From: Microthrixaceae bacterium | GTDB taxonomy: Bacteria; Actinomycetota; Acidimicrobiia; Acidimicrobiales; DATDAH01 | Direction of reading: 5' to 3' | Assembly (NCBI GenBank): GCA_020637195.1 | Contig: JACJWK010000002.1 | Span: 2,299-66,298 of the forward strand | Length of the DNA: 64,000 nucleotides | Part shown: piece after piece, positions 9,336 to 18,694 of the stretch | How the letters are laid out: each line of letters begins with the position of its first letter | Numbering within the stretch: the first letter of the stretch is position 1 | Program-made: the position numbers and the translations under genes | Notes under the pieces: generated by a model | The model's input: only the letters and a program-made list of their open reading frames with translations | What the model was told of the DNA's origin: nothing | The model's database searches: none

Positions 9336-10324
9336 TCGACCTGCACGCCCACGTGGTGCTCGAGTCCGTGCTCGGCGCGGCCGGGCCCCTCGGCCCCGAG
9401 CTCGACGACGGCGATCCTGCGACCGGGCGACCGCCCTGCTTCCGCGTCGGTGACTACACCCTGGTGGGGGTCCGCTACCGCGGCACCCCGTTCATGGACC
9501 TCGACGCCCGCCTGGCGGCGATGGACGCCGCCGGCATCGGGCTCCAGGTGCTCTCGCCCAACCCGCTCACGCTGTTCGCCCGCGCCGAGCCCGACTGGGC
9601 CGACGCGTTCTGTCGCCGCCACAACGACGAGCTGGCCGCCCTCGTGGCGCGGGCGCCCGACCGTCTCCGGGGGTTCGCCCAGGTGCCGATGCAGGACCCC
9701 GTCCGCGCCGTCGCCGAGCTGCGTCGAGCCGTGACCGAGCTGGGTCTCGTGGCGCCCTACCTCGCCACCGACCTCGGTCGGCCGCTCGACGACCCGGCCT
9801 TCGACCCCTTCTGGTCCTGCTGCGTCGACCTCGACGTCCCGGTGCTGTTCCACCCCGTGCCCGACGGGGTCGACGGCCCGCGGCGCGACGAGCGCCTTGC
9901 CCGCTTCGACGCGGACCTGTGGCTCGGCTTCCTCCACGAGGAGAGCCTGGCCGTCGCCACGCTCGTGCTCGGCGGGGTGCTCGACCGCTTCCCGACGCTG
10001 GACGTGTGCATGAGCCACGGCGGCGGCGCCACGTCGTGGCTGGCCGAGCGCATGGAGCACGCGGCCCGGACCCGGCCCTGGAGCCCGCCCGAGCTCGCCG
10101 CCGAGGGCGCGGTGCGCGACCGCCTGCGCCACCTGTGGTGGGACGCCCACGTGGGTGGGCCGCTGGCGCTCGCCGCGCTCGTGGCCGCGTTCGGTGCGGA
10201 CCGCATCGTCGCCGGCACGAACCTCGCGGGGTGGGACGAGGACACCGACCCGGCCCACGGGGACGCGGTGCGGGCGGCGACGCTCGACGCCAACGCCCGC
10301 CGCCTGCTGCGCCTCGACCGCTGA
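9332..10324 (+). CDS. amidohydrolase_2 family protein (ACMSD/LigW-type metal-dependent hydrolase/decarboxylase)
   Basis: GTG 9332 in a GTGA overlap. N-terminal IDLHAHVV (HxH), later FHPV, MSHGGG and GTNLAGWD, consistent with the TIM-barrel amidohydrolase_2 family. Confidence 0.8.
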   Translation: MIDLHAHVVLESVLGAAGPLGPELDDGDPATGRPPCFRVGDYTLVGVRYRGTPFMDLDARLAAMDAAGIGLQVLSPNPLTLFARAEPDWADAFCRRHNDELAALVARAPDRLRGFAQVPMQDPVRAVAELRRAVTELGLVAPYLATDLGRPLDDPAFDPFWSCCVDLDVPVLFHPVPDGVDGPRRDERLARFDADLWLGFLHEESLAVATLVLGGVLDRFPTLDVCMSHGGGATSWLAERMEHAARTRPWSPPELAAEGAVRDRLRHLWWDAHVGGPLALAALVAAFGADRIVAGTNLAGWDEDTDPAHGDAVRAATLDANARRLLRLDR

Positions 10325-10401
10325 TCCGCGGGTGGGCGCCCGGTCGCCCGCCCGAGGCGCTCGTCCCCTTCAGGCTCGGCGCGATCGAACGGCGGGGGGC
10401 G

Positions 10402-10920
10402 TCACGGCACGAAGTTCTCGAACAGCGGGACCGAGAGCCCGCACGCCTCGTCGGCGAAGTCGACGAGGGTCTGACCGGCGGCCGCCTGCTCGTCCTCGGT
10501 GGCGATGTCGTCCAGGCCGGCGAAGGCCTCCGGGTCGTCGAGGTCGTCCGGCCCGAGGTCGGCGATGAACTGCCCGACGTCGGCGATCGTCGCGAACGAA
10601 TCGGCGACGTCGCCCGAGGTGTCGTCGGCCAGGCCGCGGACCAGGTCGACGTCGCCCTGGGTGGGTTGGACCGACGGGTCGATCTCGGCGACGGCGGCGA
10701 GGTCGCCGCACAACGTGTCGCTGCGGTCCTCGTCCGCGGCGACCGTGGTGGCCGGCACGTCGTCCGTGGCCGACGTCTCGTCCGGGAGCTCCGCGTCGAT
10801 GCTGTCGGCGGTGGGGTCACCTTCGTCCACCCCCACGTCACCGCCGCCGTCGTCGCCGCAGGCGGCGATCAGCAGGAGGAGGGACACGACGAGACTCAGC
10901 GGGGTGAGGGTGCGGCGCAC
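10402..10920 (-). CDS. very acidic exported lipoprotein, unknown function
   Basis: GTG 10920. Signal and lipobox MRRTLTPLSLVVSLLLLIAAC. The mature part is about 30% Asp/Glu and has 2 further Cys. Confidence 0.7.
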   Translation of the reverse strand: MRRTLTPLSLVVSLLLLIAACGDDGGGDVGVDEGDPTADSIDAELPDETSATDDVPATTVAADEDRSDTLCGDLAAVAEIDPSVQPTQGDVDLVRGLADDTSGDVADSFATIADVGQFIADLGPDDLDDPEAFAGLDDIATEDEQAAAGQTLVDFADEACGLSVPLFENFVP

Positions 10921-11176
10921 GGTGGTTCCCTTCGTTCGCTCGCTGCGGTCGAACCTACCTCACCGCCCCGACCGAGGGGACTGCCGCAATCGTCTCCGCA
11001 GGCCGGCGGGAGTACCCTCGCCGGTGCTCCCGCCGCTGGGGATGGCGTGCGGCACAGGTGGCGTCGGAGCGGAATCGCGAAAGTTCGGCGGGTGAGCGAC
11101 CGTTGCCCACACGGGACCGTCAACACGAGTGAGTGAGCGTGCGCCGGGCGCACGAGAGGGAACGAGGCTGATCCGA

Positions 11177-13813
11177 ATGCGCCGGTCGACCACCACTTCC
11201 GGGATCGCCGTGGCCCTCGCCGCGCTCCTGGCCATGCCCGCGGCGCTCGCCCAGACCGGGCCGGGGGCCGACCCGGCCACGGAGCCCGCGCCCGCCGCGC
11301 ACGGGATGCAGGCCGTCGAGCAACTCGGTCCCCGGCTGGACGACGTCGCCCGCGACTACGGCATCAGCGAGAAGCGGCTCGAGTCGCTGCTGCTCACCGA
11401 CCCGACGCTGGCGGTCGATCCCGATGGCGAGCTGTTGTACGTCGACGAGCCCGCCCCGGGCGAGGGGGCCGGTCCCGCGCCCGAGGTGGACCCGGGCCCC
11501 GAGCCGGCGCCGCCGACCGACGACGCGGTGTTCGAGCTCCACAGCCTCCCCGGCGCGAGCCACGTGATCTACCTCGACTTCGACGGCAGCACCACCACGG
11601 GCACGAGCTGGAACTCGTCGAGCGGCATCGACCCGATCGTGTCGCCGCCCTACGACCTCGACGGGTCACCGGACTCGTGGTCGGCCACCGAGCTGTCCCG
11701 CATCGGCCTCGTGTGGGCGTACGTCGCCGAGGACTTCGCGCCGTTCGCGGTCGACGTCACCACGGAGGAGCCGCCGGTGGCCGACCTCCGGCGCAGCGGC
11801 GCCGGCGACGCGCGGTGGGGGGTGCGGGTCGTCGTCACCGACGACACCTGGGCGGACTGCGGCTGCGGCGGCCACGCCTACATCGGCTCGTTCGACGACG
11901 CCACCGACGAGCCCGTCTTCGTGTACAACAGCTCGCTCAGCGGGGTCAGCGAGGCCTCGTCCCACGAGGTGGGCCACTCGATGAACCTGGCCCACGACGG
12001 CAAGGGCACGTCGACCTACTACGGGGGCCACGGCTCCGGGACGACGAGCTGGGGCCCCATCATGGGCGCCGCCTACAACCGCTCGGTCACCCAGTGGAGC
12101 CGGGGCGAGTACCTCGACGCGACGAACAACGGCTCGTCGGCCAACTACGGCAACGGCCCCGACGACCTCGCCGTCATCGCCAGCCTCACCAACGGCAACG
12201 GGTTCGGCCTGCGCCCGGACGACCACGGCGACACGACGGCGACGGCGACGCCCTTGAGCGGGCTCACCCCGGTCGCCACCGGCCGCATTGGCACCACCGC
12301 GGACGTCGACGTGTTCCGCTTCACGACGGGGGCCGGGCCGGTCACGGTCCAGGTCGACCCGTTCCTGCCGGTGAAGAACCTGGACGTCCGCGCGCAACTG
12401 CTCGACCAGGGCGGCGGGGTGGTGGCCGTGTCCGACGGCGCCGCCACCCTGTCGGCCGGCTTCACCCAGACGCTGCCCGCCGGGACCTACTACGTGACGG
12501 TGGAGGGCACCGGCGTGGGCGATCCGTTCGCCGCGTCGCCGACGGGCTACACGTCGTACGCCTCGCTCGGCCAGTACGCGCTGTCGGCCACCACGCTGCC
12601 GGTCCCGGCGGGGTCGATCTCGGGGACCGTCACCGACGACGGTTCGGGTGACCCGGTTGCGGGCGCGTGGGTGCTCGCGCTGGACACCGCCACCGGTGCA
12701 CCGGTGGCGGCGACGGCGGACGCGTCCGGCGCGTTCTCGGCGGTGGTGGGCCCCGGCACCCACCACGTGCTCACCCTCGACCCCTCCGGCACGCACGCCG
12801 GCGAGTGGTACGACGACCGGGCCCTCGACGGCGACCCGACGCCGGTGGACGCCGGCGCCTCCGGTCTCGACATCGGCCTGGCGCCCGCCGGCGCCACCGC
12901 GTCGGTGTCGGGGGTGGTCACCGACGCGGCGACGGGCCAGCCCCTGCCCGGCGTGTGGGTGGCCGCCGTGGGTCCCTTCCCGGACTCGGCGGCGCTCGCC
13001 GGCGGCACGCAGACCGATGCGTCCGGCCGATACACCATCAGCGGACTCGAGGCGGGCGACCACCTCCTCGCCTTCATCGACCCCGCTCGGGACCACGCCG
13101 TCGAGTTCCACGACGACGCCGCGGTCCCGAGCGGGGCGACGCTCGTCCCGCTCTCGCCGGGCACGACGGCGACCGCGGACGCGGCGTTGGCGCCGGTGGC
13201 GGCCGGCGCCCCGGGCACGGCACCGCTGACCGGCCGGGTCACCGCGACGGGAACGGGTGCGCCCATCGAGGGGGCCTGGGTGGTCGCCCTCGACAGCACC
13301 GGCACCGTCGCCGACGCCACGGTGACCGACGCAGCCGGCGACTACGCGCTGGCCGTCGTGCCGGGGGGCTACTTCGTCGAGTTCGTCGATCCGACCGCCA
13401 CCCACCGCGGCGAGTGGAACCTCGACCACCCCACCCAGGACCTGGGGGCCGCGGACCAGGTGGTCGTCGGGCCCACCGGCGCCGTCGTCGACGCCGACCT
13501 CGACCCGGCCGGGCCCACCGCGGCGCTGAGCGGCACCGTGACCGGGGTGGGCGGCCTCCCGGTGCCCGGCGCGTGGGTGGTCGTGCTCGACCCGGCCACC
13601 GGCGGCCTGGTGAAGGGCGCGGTCACCGGGCTCGACGGCAGCTACACCGTCGGCGGGTTGCGGACCGGCCCGGTCGTCGTCGCCTTCCTCGACCCCTCCG
13701 GGGTGCACGCGCTCGAGTACCACGACGGCGCGGCCGGCTTCGGTCAGGCCGACCCCGTCGCGCTCGTGGCCGGATCCACCACGGCCGTGTCGGCCACGCT
13801 CGACCCACCCTGA
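11177..13813 (+). CDS. secreted zinc metalloprotease (metzincin-like) with PPC domain and four CarboxypepD_reg-like repeats
   Basis: Signal peptide MRRSTTTSGIAVALAALLAMPAALAQ. Zinc motif HEVGHSMNLAHD. Pre-peptidase C-terminal-like segment (DDHGDTTATATPL...DVDVFRF...YYVTVEG). Four ~100-aa repeats begin near 12610, 12899, 13226 and 13526 (e.g. SGTVTDDGSGDPVAGAWVLALD). Confidence 0.85.
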   Translation: MRRSTTTSGIAVALAALLAMPAALAQTGPGADPATEPAPAAHGMQAVEQLGPRLDDVARDYGISEKRLESLLLTDPTLAVDPDGELLYVDEPAPGEGAGPAPEVDPGPEPAPPTDDAVFELHSLPGASHVIYLDFDGSTTTGTSWNSSSGIDPIVSPPYDLDGSPDSWSATELSRIGLVWAYVAEDFAPFAVDVTTEEPPVADLRRSGAGDARWGVRVVVTDDTWADCGCGGHAYIGSFDDATDEPVFVYNSSLSGVSEASSHEVGHSMNLAHDGKGTSTYYGGHGSGTTSWGPIMGAAYNRSVTQWSRGEYLDATNNGSSANYGNGPDDLAVIASLTNGNGFGLRPDDHGDTTATATPLSGLTPVATGRIGTTADVDVFRFTTGAGPVTVQVDPFLPVKNLDVRAQLLDQGGGVVAVSDGAATLSAGFTQTLPAGTYYVTVEGTGVGDPFAASPTGYTSYASLGQYALSATTLPVPAGSISGTVTDDGSGDPVAGAWVLALDTATGAPVAATADASGAFSAVVGPGTHHVLTLDPSGTHAGEWYDDRALDGDPTPVDAGASGLDIGLAPAGATASVSGVVTDAATGQPLPGVWVAAVGPFPDSAALAGGTQTDASGRYTISGLEAGDHLLAFIDPARDHAVEFHDDAAVPSGATLVPLSPGTTATADAALAPVAAGAPGTAPLTGRVTATGTGAPIEGAWVVALDSTGTVADATVTDAAGDYALAVVPGGYFVEFVDPTATHRGEWNLDHPTQDLGAADQVVVGPTGAVVDADLDPAGPTAALSGTVTGVGGLPVPGAWVVVLDPATGGLVKGAVTGLDGSYTVGGLRTGPVVVAFLDPSGVHALEYHDGAAGFGQADPVALVAGSTTAVSATLDPP

Positions 13814-14376
13814 CCGGGGTCGGCGTGGGCCGGCCGGCCCTCGTCGAGCACGGCGGCGAAGCGCCGGCGCAGCAGCGCCCGGTTGTAGCGCTGGAGCATC
13901 ACGGGGTAGCCGTTCAGCGCCACGTCGAAGATCAGCGTCAGCAGCGCCGCGGTCCACCAGCCGCGCGCCGCGGCGTGGAGGACGACGCCGAGCGTGGCGA
14001 CGAGCAGGAGGGCATGGGCCGCCTCGGCGTCGCGCATCCGCCCCTCGAGGTGGGCGAGCGACGCGGGCGACGGCTCGGCGGGCAGGTGCAGGTCCGGGTT
14101 GAAGCGGGCGAGGGGGCCGCGGCGCAGCAGGCGCTTGACGATGCGCACCCCGAGCCGCTCGTACACCCGGCCGTCGCGCTCGCCGGCGCGGAGCTCGTGG
14201 TAGCGGGCGGGGAGGCGGGGCCGGACGACCCGGCTGATCGTGCCCAGCCAGGTCATGGGGACCCACACCACCAGGAACGCGAACCCGGCGCCGTCGGCGC
14301 CGAGCACGCGGGCGCCGCCCACGAGCACCGCCGCGGCGACGCCCGTCGCGACCGGCACCAGCACTGCCTTGCGCAC
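13744..14376 (-). CDS. integral membrane protein, possibly glycosyl-4,4'-diaponeurosporenoate acyltransferase (CrtO)-like
   Basis: About 4 hydrophobic segments. The C-terminal motif LNGYPVMLQRYNRALL resembles, from memory, the xYPxxxQRYNR signature of that family. The 3' 70 nt overlap the convergent protease gene. Confidence 0.5.
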   Translation of the reverse strand: MRKAVLVPVATGVAAAVLVGGARVLGADGAGFAFLVVWVPMTWLGTISRVVRPRLPARYHELRAGERDGRVYERLGVRIVKRLLRRGPLARFNPDLHLPAEPSPASLAHLEGRMRDAEAAHALLLVATLGVVLHAAARGWWTAALLTLIFDVALNGYPVMLQRYNRALLRRRFAAVLDEGRPAHADPGQGGSSVADTAVVDPATSATGSA

Positions 14377-14498
14377 GGTGCCATCATCGCTGCGCCGAGG
14401 GCGCGCCGACAGGGGCCGAGGGCCCGAACCGTCGGTCGGGGCTCGCGGCCGCCGTGCCAGGATGGCGGGCGGAGACGGCCGGACCGGGAGGTGGCGCC

Positions 14499-14963
14499 GT
14501 GGGCATCGAGGTGGCGCCGATCGGGCACGTGCGGGGCGGGCGGGCCGCGGTCGAGGACGACGGGTGGGACGCCGAGACGTGTCGCATCGAGTTCGACGGC
14601 GGGCTGCTCGAGCCCGAGGCCACCCTCGGCCTCGACGGGTTCTCCCACGTCGAGGTCGTCTTCGTGTTCGACCGTGTCGACCCCACCAGCGTGTGCACCG
14701 GTGCCCGTCACCCCCGGGGGCGCCGGGACTGGCCCCGGGTCGGCATCCTGGCCCAGCGGGCCAAGGACCGGCCCAACCGGATCGGGGTGACGATCTGTCG
14801 CCTGGTCGGCGCCGGGCCCGGCTGGATCGACGTGCGCGGCCTCGACGCCGTCGACGGCACGCCCGTGCTCGACGTGAAGCCGCACCTGACGGGCTTCGCC
14901 CCCCGCGGCGAGGTCCGCGAGCCGGGCTGGGCGGTCGAGCTCATGGCCGGGTACTGGGACTGA
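14499..14963 (+). CDS. trmO: TsaA/YaeB-family tRNA (m6t6A37) methyltransferase TrmO-like
   Basis: GTG 14499, 7 nt after GGGAGG. IGHVRG..., RPNRIGVTICRL and DGTPVLDVKPH are characteristic of the family. Confidence 0.8.
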   Translation: MGIEVAPIGHVRGGRAAVEDDGWDAETCRIEFDGGLLEPEATLGLDGFSHVEVVFVFDRVDPTSVCTGARHPRGRRDWPRVGILAQRAKDRPNRIGVTICRLVGAGPGWIDVRGLDAVDGTPVLDVKPHLTGFAPRGEVREPGWAVELMAGYWD

Positions 14964-14977
14964 CGGGGGCTCCGCCC

Positions 14978-15952
14978 GTGGCCGACCGGGACCTCCCGAC
15001 CTTCGCCGACGTGCGGCGGGCCGCGGACCGCATCGCCCCGCACGCCCGGCGCACGCCGGTGATGACCAGCGCCTCGATCGACGAGCTCGCCGGCTGCCGG
15101 GTGCACTTCAAGGGTGAGCACCTCCAGCGGGCGGGTGCGTTCAAGTTCCGGGGGGCGACGAACGCGGTCCTCGCCCTCGACGACGCCACCGCCGCCCGAG
15201 GGGTGGCGGCGCACTCCTCGGGCAACCACGCCGCCGCGCTGGCCCTGGCGGCCCGCACCCGGGGCGTGCCCTGCCACGTGGTGATGCCGCGGGACGCCCC
15301 TCGAGCGAAGCGGGCGGCCACCGAGGCGTACGGCGCGACGGTCGTGCTGTGCGAGCCCACCCTCGAAGCGCGCGACGCCCGCCTCGCCGAGGTGATCGCC
15401 CGCACGGGAGCGGTCGAGATCCATCCCTACGACCGTCCCGCGGTGATCGCCGGGCAGGGCACCGCCGCCCTCGAGCTGCTCGCGGCGGTGCCCGCCATCG
15501 GCGCGGTGGTGGCCCCGGTCAGCGGAGGCGGCCTCCTGGCCGGCACCGCCATCGCCGCCCACGGCGTCGACCCCGTCGTGACTGTCTACGGCGCCGAGCC
15601 GGTGGCGGTCGACGACGCGGCCCGCTCCCTGGCGGCCGGGCGGCGCACGTCCGAGGGGAACACCACCTCGATCGCCGACGGGCTGCTGGCCGTGCTCAGC
15701 GACCGCACCTTCGCCATCCTGCGGGCCCACGACGTCGGCATCGTCACCGTCACCGAGGACGAGATCGTCGACGCCATGGCCCTGCTGTACGGCCGGCTCA
15801 AGCAGGTGGTCGAGCCCAGCGGGGCCACCGCCCTGGCGGGGCTGCTCGCCCTCGCGCGGGCCGGCGCGGACCTGCCCGACGACGTCGGGGTGATCCTGTC
15901 GGGAGGCAACGTGGACCTCGACCGCCTGCCCTTCTGCGCCGCTCGGCGCTGA
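14978..15952 (+). CDS. PLP-dependent threonine/serine dehydratase (serine racemase-like fold type II)
   Basis: PLP-lysine context GAFKFRGA, HSSGNHA, and glycine loop PVSGGGLLAG. Start at GTG 14978. Confidence 0.85.
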   Translation: MADRDLPTFADVRRAADRIAPHARRTPVMTSASIDELAGCRVHFKGEHLQRAGAFKFRGATNAVLALDDATAARGVAAHSSGNHAAALALAARTRGVPCHVVMPRDAPRAKRAATEAYGATVVLCEPTLEARDARLAEVIARTGAVEIHPYDRPAVIAGQGTAALELLAAVPAIGAVVAPVSGGGLLAGTAIAAHGVDPVVTVYGAEPVAVDDAARSLAAGRRTSEGNTTSIADGLLAVLSDRTFAILRAHDVGIVTVTEDEIVDAMALLYGRLKQVVEPSGATALAGLLALARAGADLPDDVGVILSGGNVDLDRLPFCAARR

Positions 15953-15996
15953 CCGCCCCGTCGAGACCGCGCGTCCGGCGCTCCTAGGCTCGCCCC

Positions 15997-16908
15997 GTGG
16001 CAGTCGGCCGGTTCGCCCCCACGCCGTCGGGCGAGCTGCACCTCGGGAGCCTGCGCACCGCCGCCGCGGCCTGGTTGTTCGCCCGGCACGCCGGCAGCCG
16101 GTTCCTGCTCCGGGTGGAGGACCTCGACCCCACCATCAGCCGGCACGGCTTCGAGGCCGGCCAGCTCGCCGATCTGGAGGCCATCGGGCTCGACTGGGAC
16201 GGGCCCGTCGTGCACCAGTCCGAACGGCGCGACCGGTACGACCGGGCGCTGGCCGAGCTGGTCGACCGGGGCCTCACCTACGAGTGCTACTGCACCCGCC
16301 GGGAGATCCGGGAGGCGAGCACGGCCCCGCACGTCCGTCCGGGCGCGTACCCCGGCACCTGCCGGGAGGCGGGTGCCCGCCGGGTCGCGGCCGCTCGGCG
16401 CGAAGGACGCCCACCGGCCGTGCGCCTGCGGGGCGCCGCCACCGTGGTCTCGATCACCGACGACGTGCACGGGACGGTGGAGGCCGCGGTCGACGACGTC
16501 GTGCTGCGCCGCAACGACGGCGTGGCCGCCTACAACCTCGCGGTGGTGGTGGACGACGCCGACCAGGGCGTCGAGCAGGTGGTCCGGGGCGCCGACCTGC
16601 TGGACGTCACCCCGACCCAGGCCCACCTCTGCGACCTGCTCGGCCTCGACCGGCCCCGCTGGGCCCACGTGCCGCTCGTGGTCGGCCCCGACGGCGCGCG
16701 CCTGGCCAAGCGCCACGGCTCGGTGACCCTGGCCGACCTCGCCCGCGACGGGCTGACCGCGTCGGACGTGGTGCGCTGGATCGGTCGGGGCCTCGGGGCG
16801 GAGGCACCGGCCCCGGGGGTGGCGGCGACCGTCGCCGACCTGCTCGGCGGCTTCGCTCCGGACCGGGTGCCGGCGACGGCGACCGCCGAGCTGCCCCGGC
16901 CGGGCTGA
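15997..16908 (+). CDS. gluQ: glutamyl-Q tRNA(Asp) synthetase
   Basis: GRFAPTPSGELHLGSL (HIGH-like), DDADQGVEQVVRGADLL, LAKRHGS (KMSKS-like). About 300 aa and no anticodon-binding domain, which is typical of GluQRS. Confidence 0.9.
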   Translation: MAVGRFAPTPSGELHLGSLRTAAAAWLFARHAGSRFLLRVEDLDPTISRHGFEAGQLADLEAIGLDWDGPVVHQSERRDRYDRALAELVDRGLTYECYCTRREIREASTAPHVRPGAYPGTCREAGARRVAAARREGRPPAVRLRGAATVVSITDDVHGTVEAAVDDVVLRRNDGVAAYNLAVVVDDADQGVEQVVRGADLLDVTPTQAHLCDLLGLDRPRWAHVPLVVGPDGARLAKRHGSVTLADLARDGLTASDVVRWIGRGLGAEAPAPGVAATVADLLGGFAPDRVPATATAELPRPG

Positions 16909-16963
16909 CCGGCGGTCGGTACGCTGCCGGGGGCGGCGCGACGAGGGGGAGTCGGACCAGGCC

Positions 16964-18658
16964 ATGATCGAACGAGTCGGCAAGGGCGCGCTCTGGGCGT
17001 CGATGGTGCTCGTCGTCGTCGCGGCCGTGCTGGCCGTGGTCATCCACCCCCGGTGGCTGTGGGCCGAGGTCGTCCTCGTGCCGGCCGTCGTCGTCGGCGT
17101 CTGGGACCTGGCCCAGACCCGGCACAGCATCCTGCGCAACTTCCCCGTGATCGGGCACTTCCGGTTCCTGCTCGAGGGTGTCGGACCGGAGCTGCACCAG
17201 TACCTGGTCGAGAGCGACACCGACGGCCGTCCCTTCGACCGCGACACCCGGTCGCTCATCTACCAGCGGGCGAAGAGCGTCCCCGACAAGAAGCCCTTCG
17301 GCACCGAGATCGACGTCTACGCCGCCGGCTACACCTGGCTGGCCCACTCGATCGCTCCCCGGCCCGTCCCCGACGACCCGGTCGCCGCGCTGCGGGTCGT
17401 GGTCGGCGGTGAGCAGTGCGACCAGCCCTACTCGCTGTCGGTGCTCAACATCTCGGCCATGAGCTTCGGGGCACTCGGCGGGCACGCCGTGCGGGCGATG
17501 AACAAGGGCGCGAAGGAGGGTCACTTCGCCCACGACACCGGTGAGGGCGGCATCTCGCGCTACCACCGGGAGCACGGGGGCGACCTCATCTGGCAGATCG
17601 GGACGGGCTACTTCGGGTGCCGGGCGCCGGACGGCACCTTCGACCCGGACCTGTTCGCGCGCACCGCCACCGACCCCCAGGTCAAGATGATCGAGATCAA
17701 GGTGTCGCAGGGCGCCAAGCCCGGGCACGGGGGCATCCTGCCCGCGGCCAAGGTCACCGACGAGATCGCCGAGGCCCGCCACGTCCCCGCCGGTCGGGAC
17801 GTGTTCTCGCCGACCTACCACCAGGCCTTCTCCACCCCCGACGAGATGATCGACTTCGTCGTCACCCTCCGCGAGCTGTCCGAGGGCAAGCCCGTGGGCT
17901 TCAAGATCTGCATCGGCGATCCCCGCGAGTTCATCGCCATCGCCAAGGCGATGCTCGAGCGCGACACCTACCCGGACTTCGTCGTGGTGGACGGCGGCGA
18001 GGGCGGGACGGGGGCCGCGCCCCTCGAGTTCTCCGACCACCTGGGCATGCCGCTGGTGGAGGGGCTCATGCTCGTGCAGAACGTGCTGATCGGCGCCGGG
18101 ATCCGGGACCGGCTGCGGGTCGGGGCCAGCGGCAAGATGGTGACGGCCTCGGCCATCGCCCAGTCGATGGCCCTCGGCGCGGACTGGTGCAACTCGGCGC
18201 GCGCCTTCATGATGGCGGTCGGCTGCATCCAGGCCCAGCAGTGCCACACCAACCGCTGTCCCGTCGGGGTGGCCACCCAGGACGAGCGGCTGCAACGGGC
18301 GCTGGTGGTCGACGACAAGGCCACCCGGGTGCGGCAGTTCCACCACAACACCATCCACGCCCTGGCCGAGATCGTGGCCGCGATGGGCCTCGACCACCCC
18401 GGCCAGCTCGAGCCCGACCACGTGCTGCGGCGCATCGACCAGTCGAAGGTCATGACCTTCGGCGAGCTGCACCCGACGTTGGCGTCGGGGGCCTTCCTCG
18501 ACGGCACCGCGCCGGAGCGCTTCCAGCGGGCCTGGGACAACGCGCGGCGCGACCGCTTCCGGCCCGCGACGGGCCGCTACCACGGTGCCGAGCGCCAGGC
18601 CCCCCTCGCCGGGCCGCCCCGCGGGGCCCGCCTCACCCTGCCCGGCGACGCCGGCTGA
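16964..18658 (+). CDS. FMN-binding glutamate synthase-family protein (GltB domain-2-like), membrane-anchored
   Basis: Two N-terminal hydrophobic helices, then SAMSFGALG, KVSQGAKPGHGGILP, VVVDGGEGGTGAAP and CHTNRCPVGVATQD, all typical of this family. Confidence 0.85.
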   Translation: MIERVGKGALWASMVLVVVAAVLAVVIHPRWLWAEVVLVPAVVVGVWDLAQTRHSILRNFPVIGHFRFLLEGVGPELHQYLVESDTDGRPFDRDTRSLIYQRAKSVPDKKPFGTEIDVYAAGYTWLAHSIAPRPVPDDPVAALRVVVGGEQCDQPYSLSVLNISAMSFGALGGHAVRAMNKGAKEGHFAHDTGEGGISRYHREHGGDLIWQIGTGYFGCRAPDGTFDPDLFARTATDPQVKMIEIKVSQGAKPGHGGILPAAKVTDEIAEARHVPAGRDVFSPTYHQAFSTPDEMIDFVVTLRELSEGKPVGFKICIGDPREFIAIAKAMLERDTYPDFVVVDGGEGGTGAAPLEFSDHLGMPLVEGLMLVQNVLIGAGIRDRLRVGASGKMVTASAIAQSMALGADWCNSARAFMMAVGCIQAQQCHTNRCPVGVATQDERLQRALVVDDKATRVRQFHHNTIHALAEIVAAMGLDHPGQLEPDHVLRRIDQSKVMTFGELHPTLASGAFLDGTAPERFQRAWDNARRDRFRPATGRYHGAERQAPLAGPPRGARLTLPGDAG

Positions 18659-18694
18659 CGCGGCGCCGGCGTGGCCCGCCGGCGCCGCGGCGTC
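18657..18694. terminator. GC-rich hairpin between convergent genes (candidate bidirectional terminator)
   Basis: GACGCGGCGCCGGCG-tggcc-CGCCGGCGCCGCG(gc)GTC, a ~15-bp stem with one 2-nt bulge. It spans the stop codons of both convergent genes and has no U-tract. Confidence 0.4.

Noticed and set aside
10921-11176. 256-bp leader upstream of the secreted protease, checked for a cyclic-di-AMP (ydaO-type) or other riboswitch because of the CCGAGGGGA and GGAATC strings.
   Set aside because: The conserved ACGGGG...GAAUC pair arrangement and the CCGAACCCGnCAGCUnACCUCG 3' block are absent on both strands. Only a small hairpin (GTGCGC-cgg-GCGCAC, 11138-11152) is evident.
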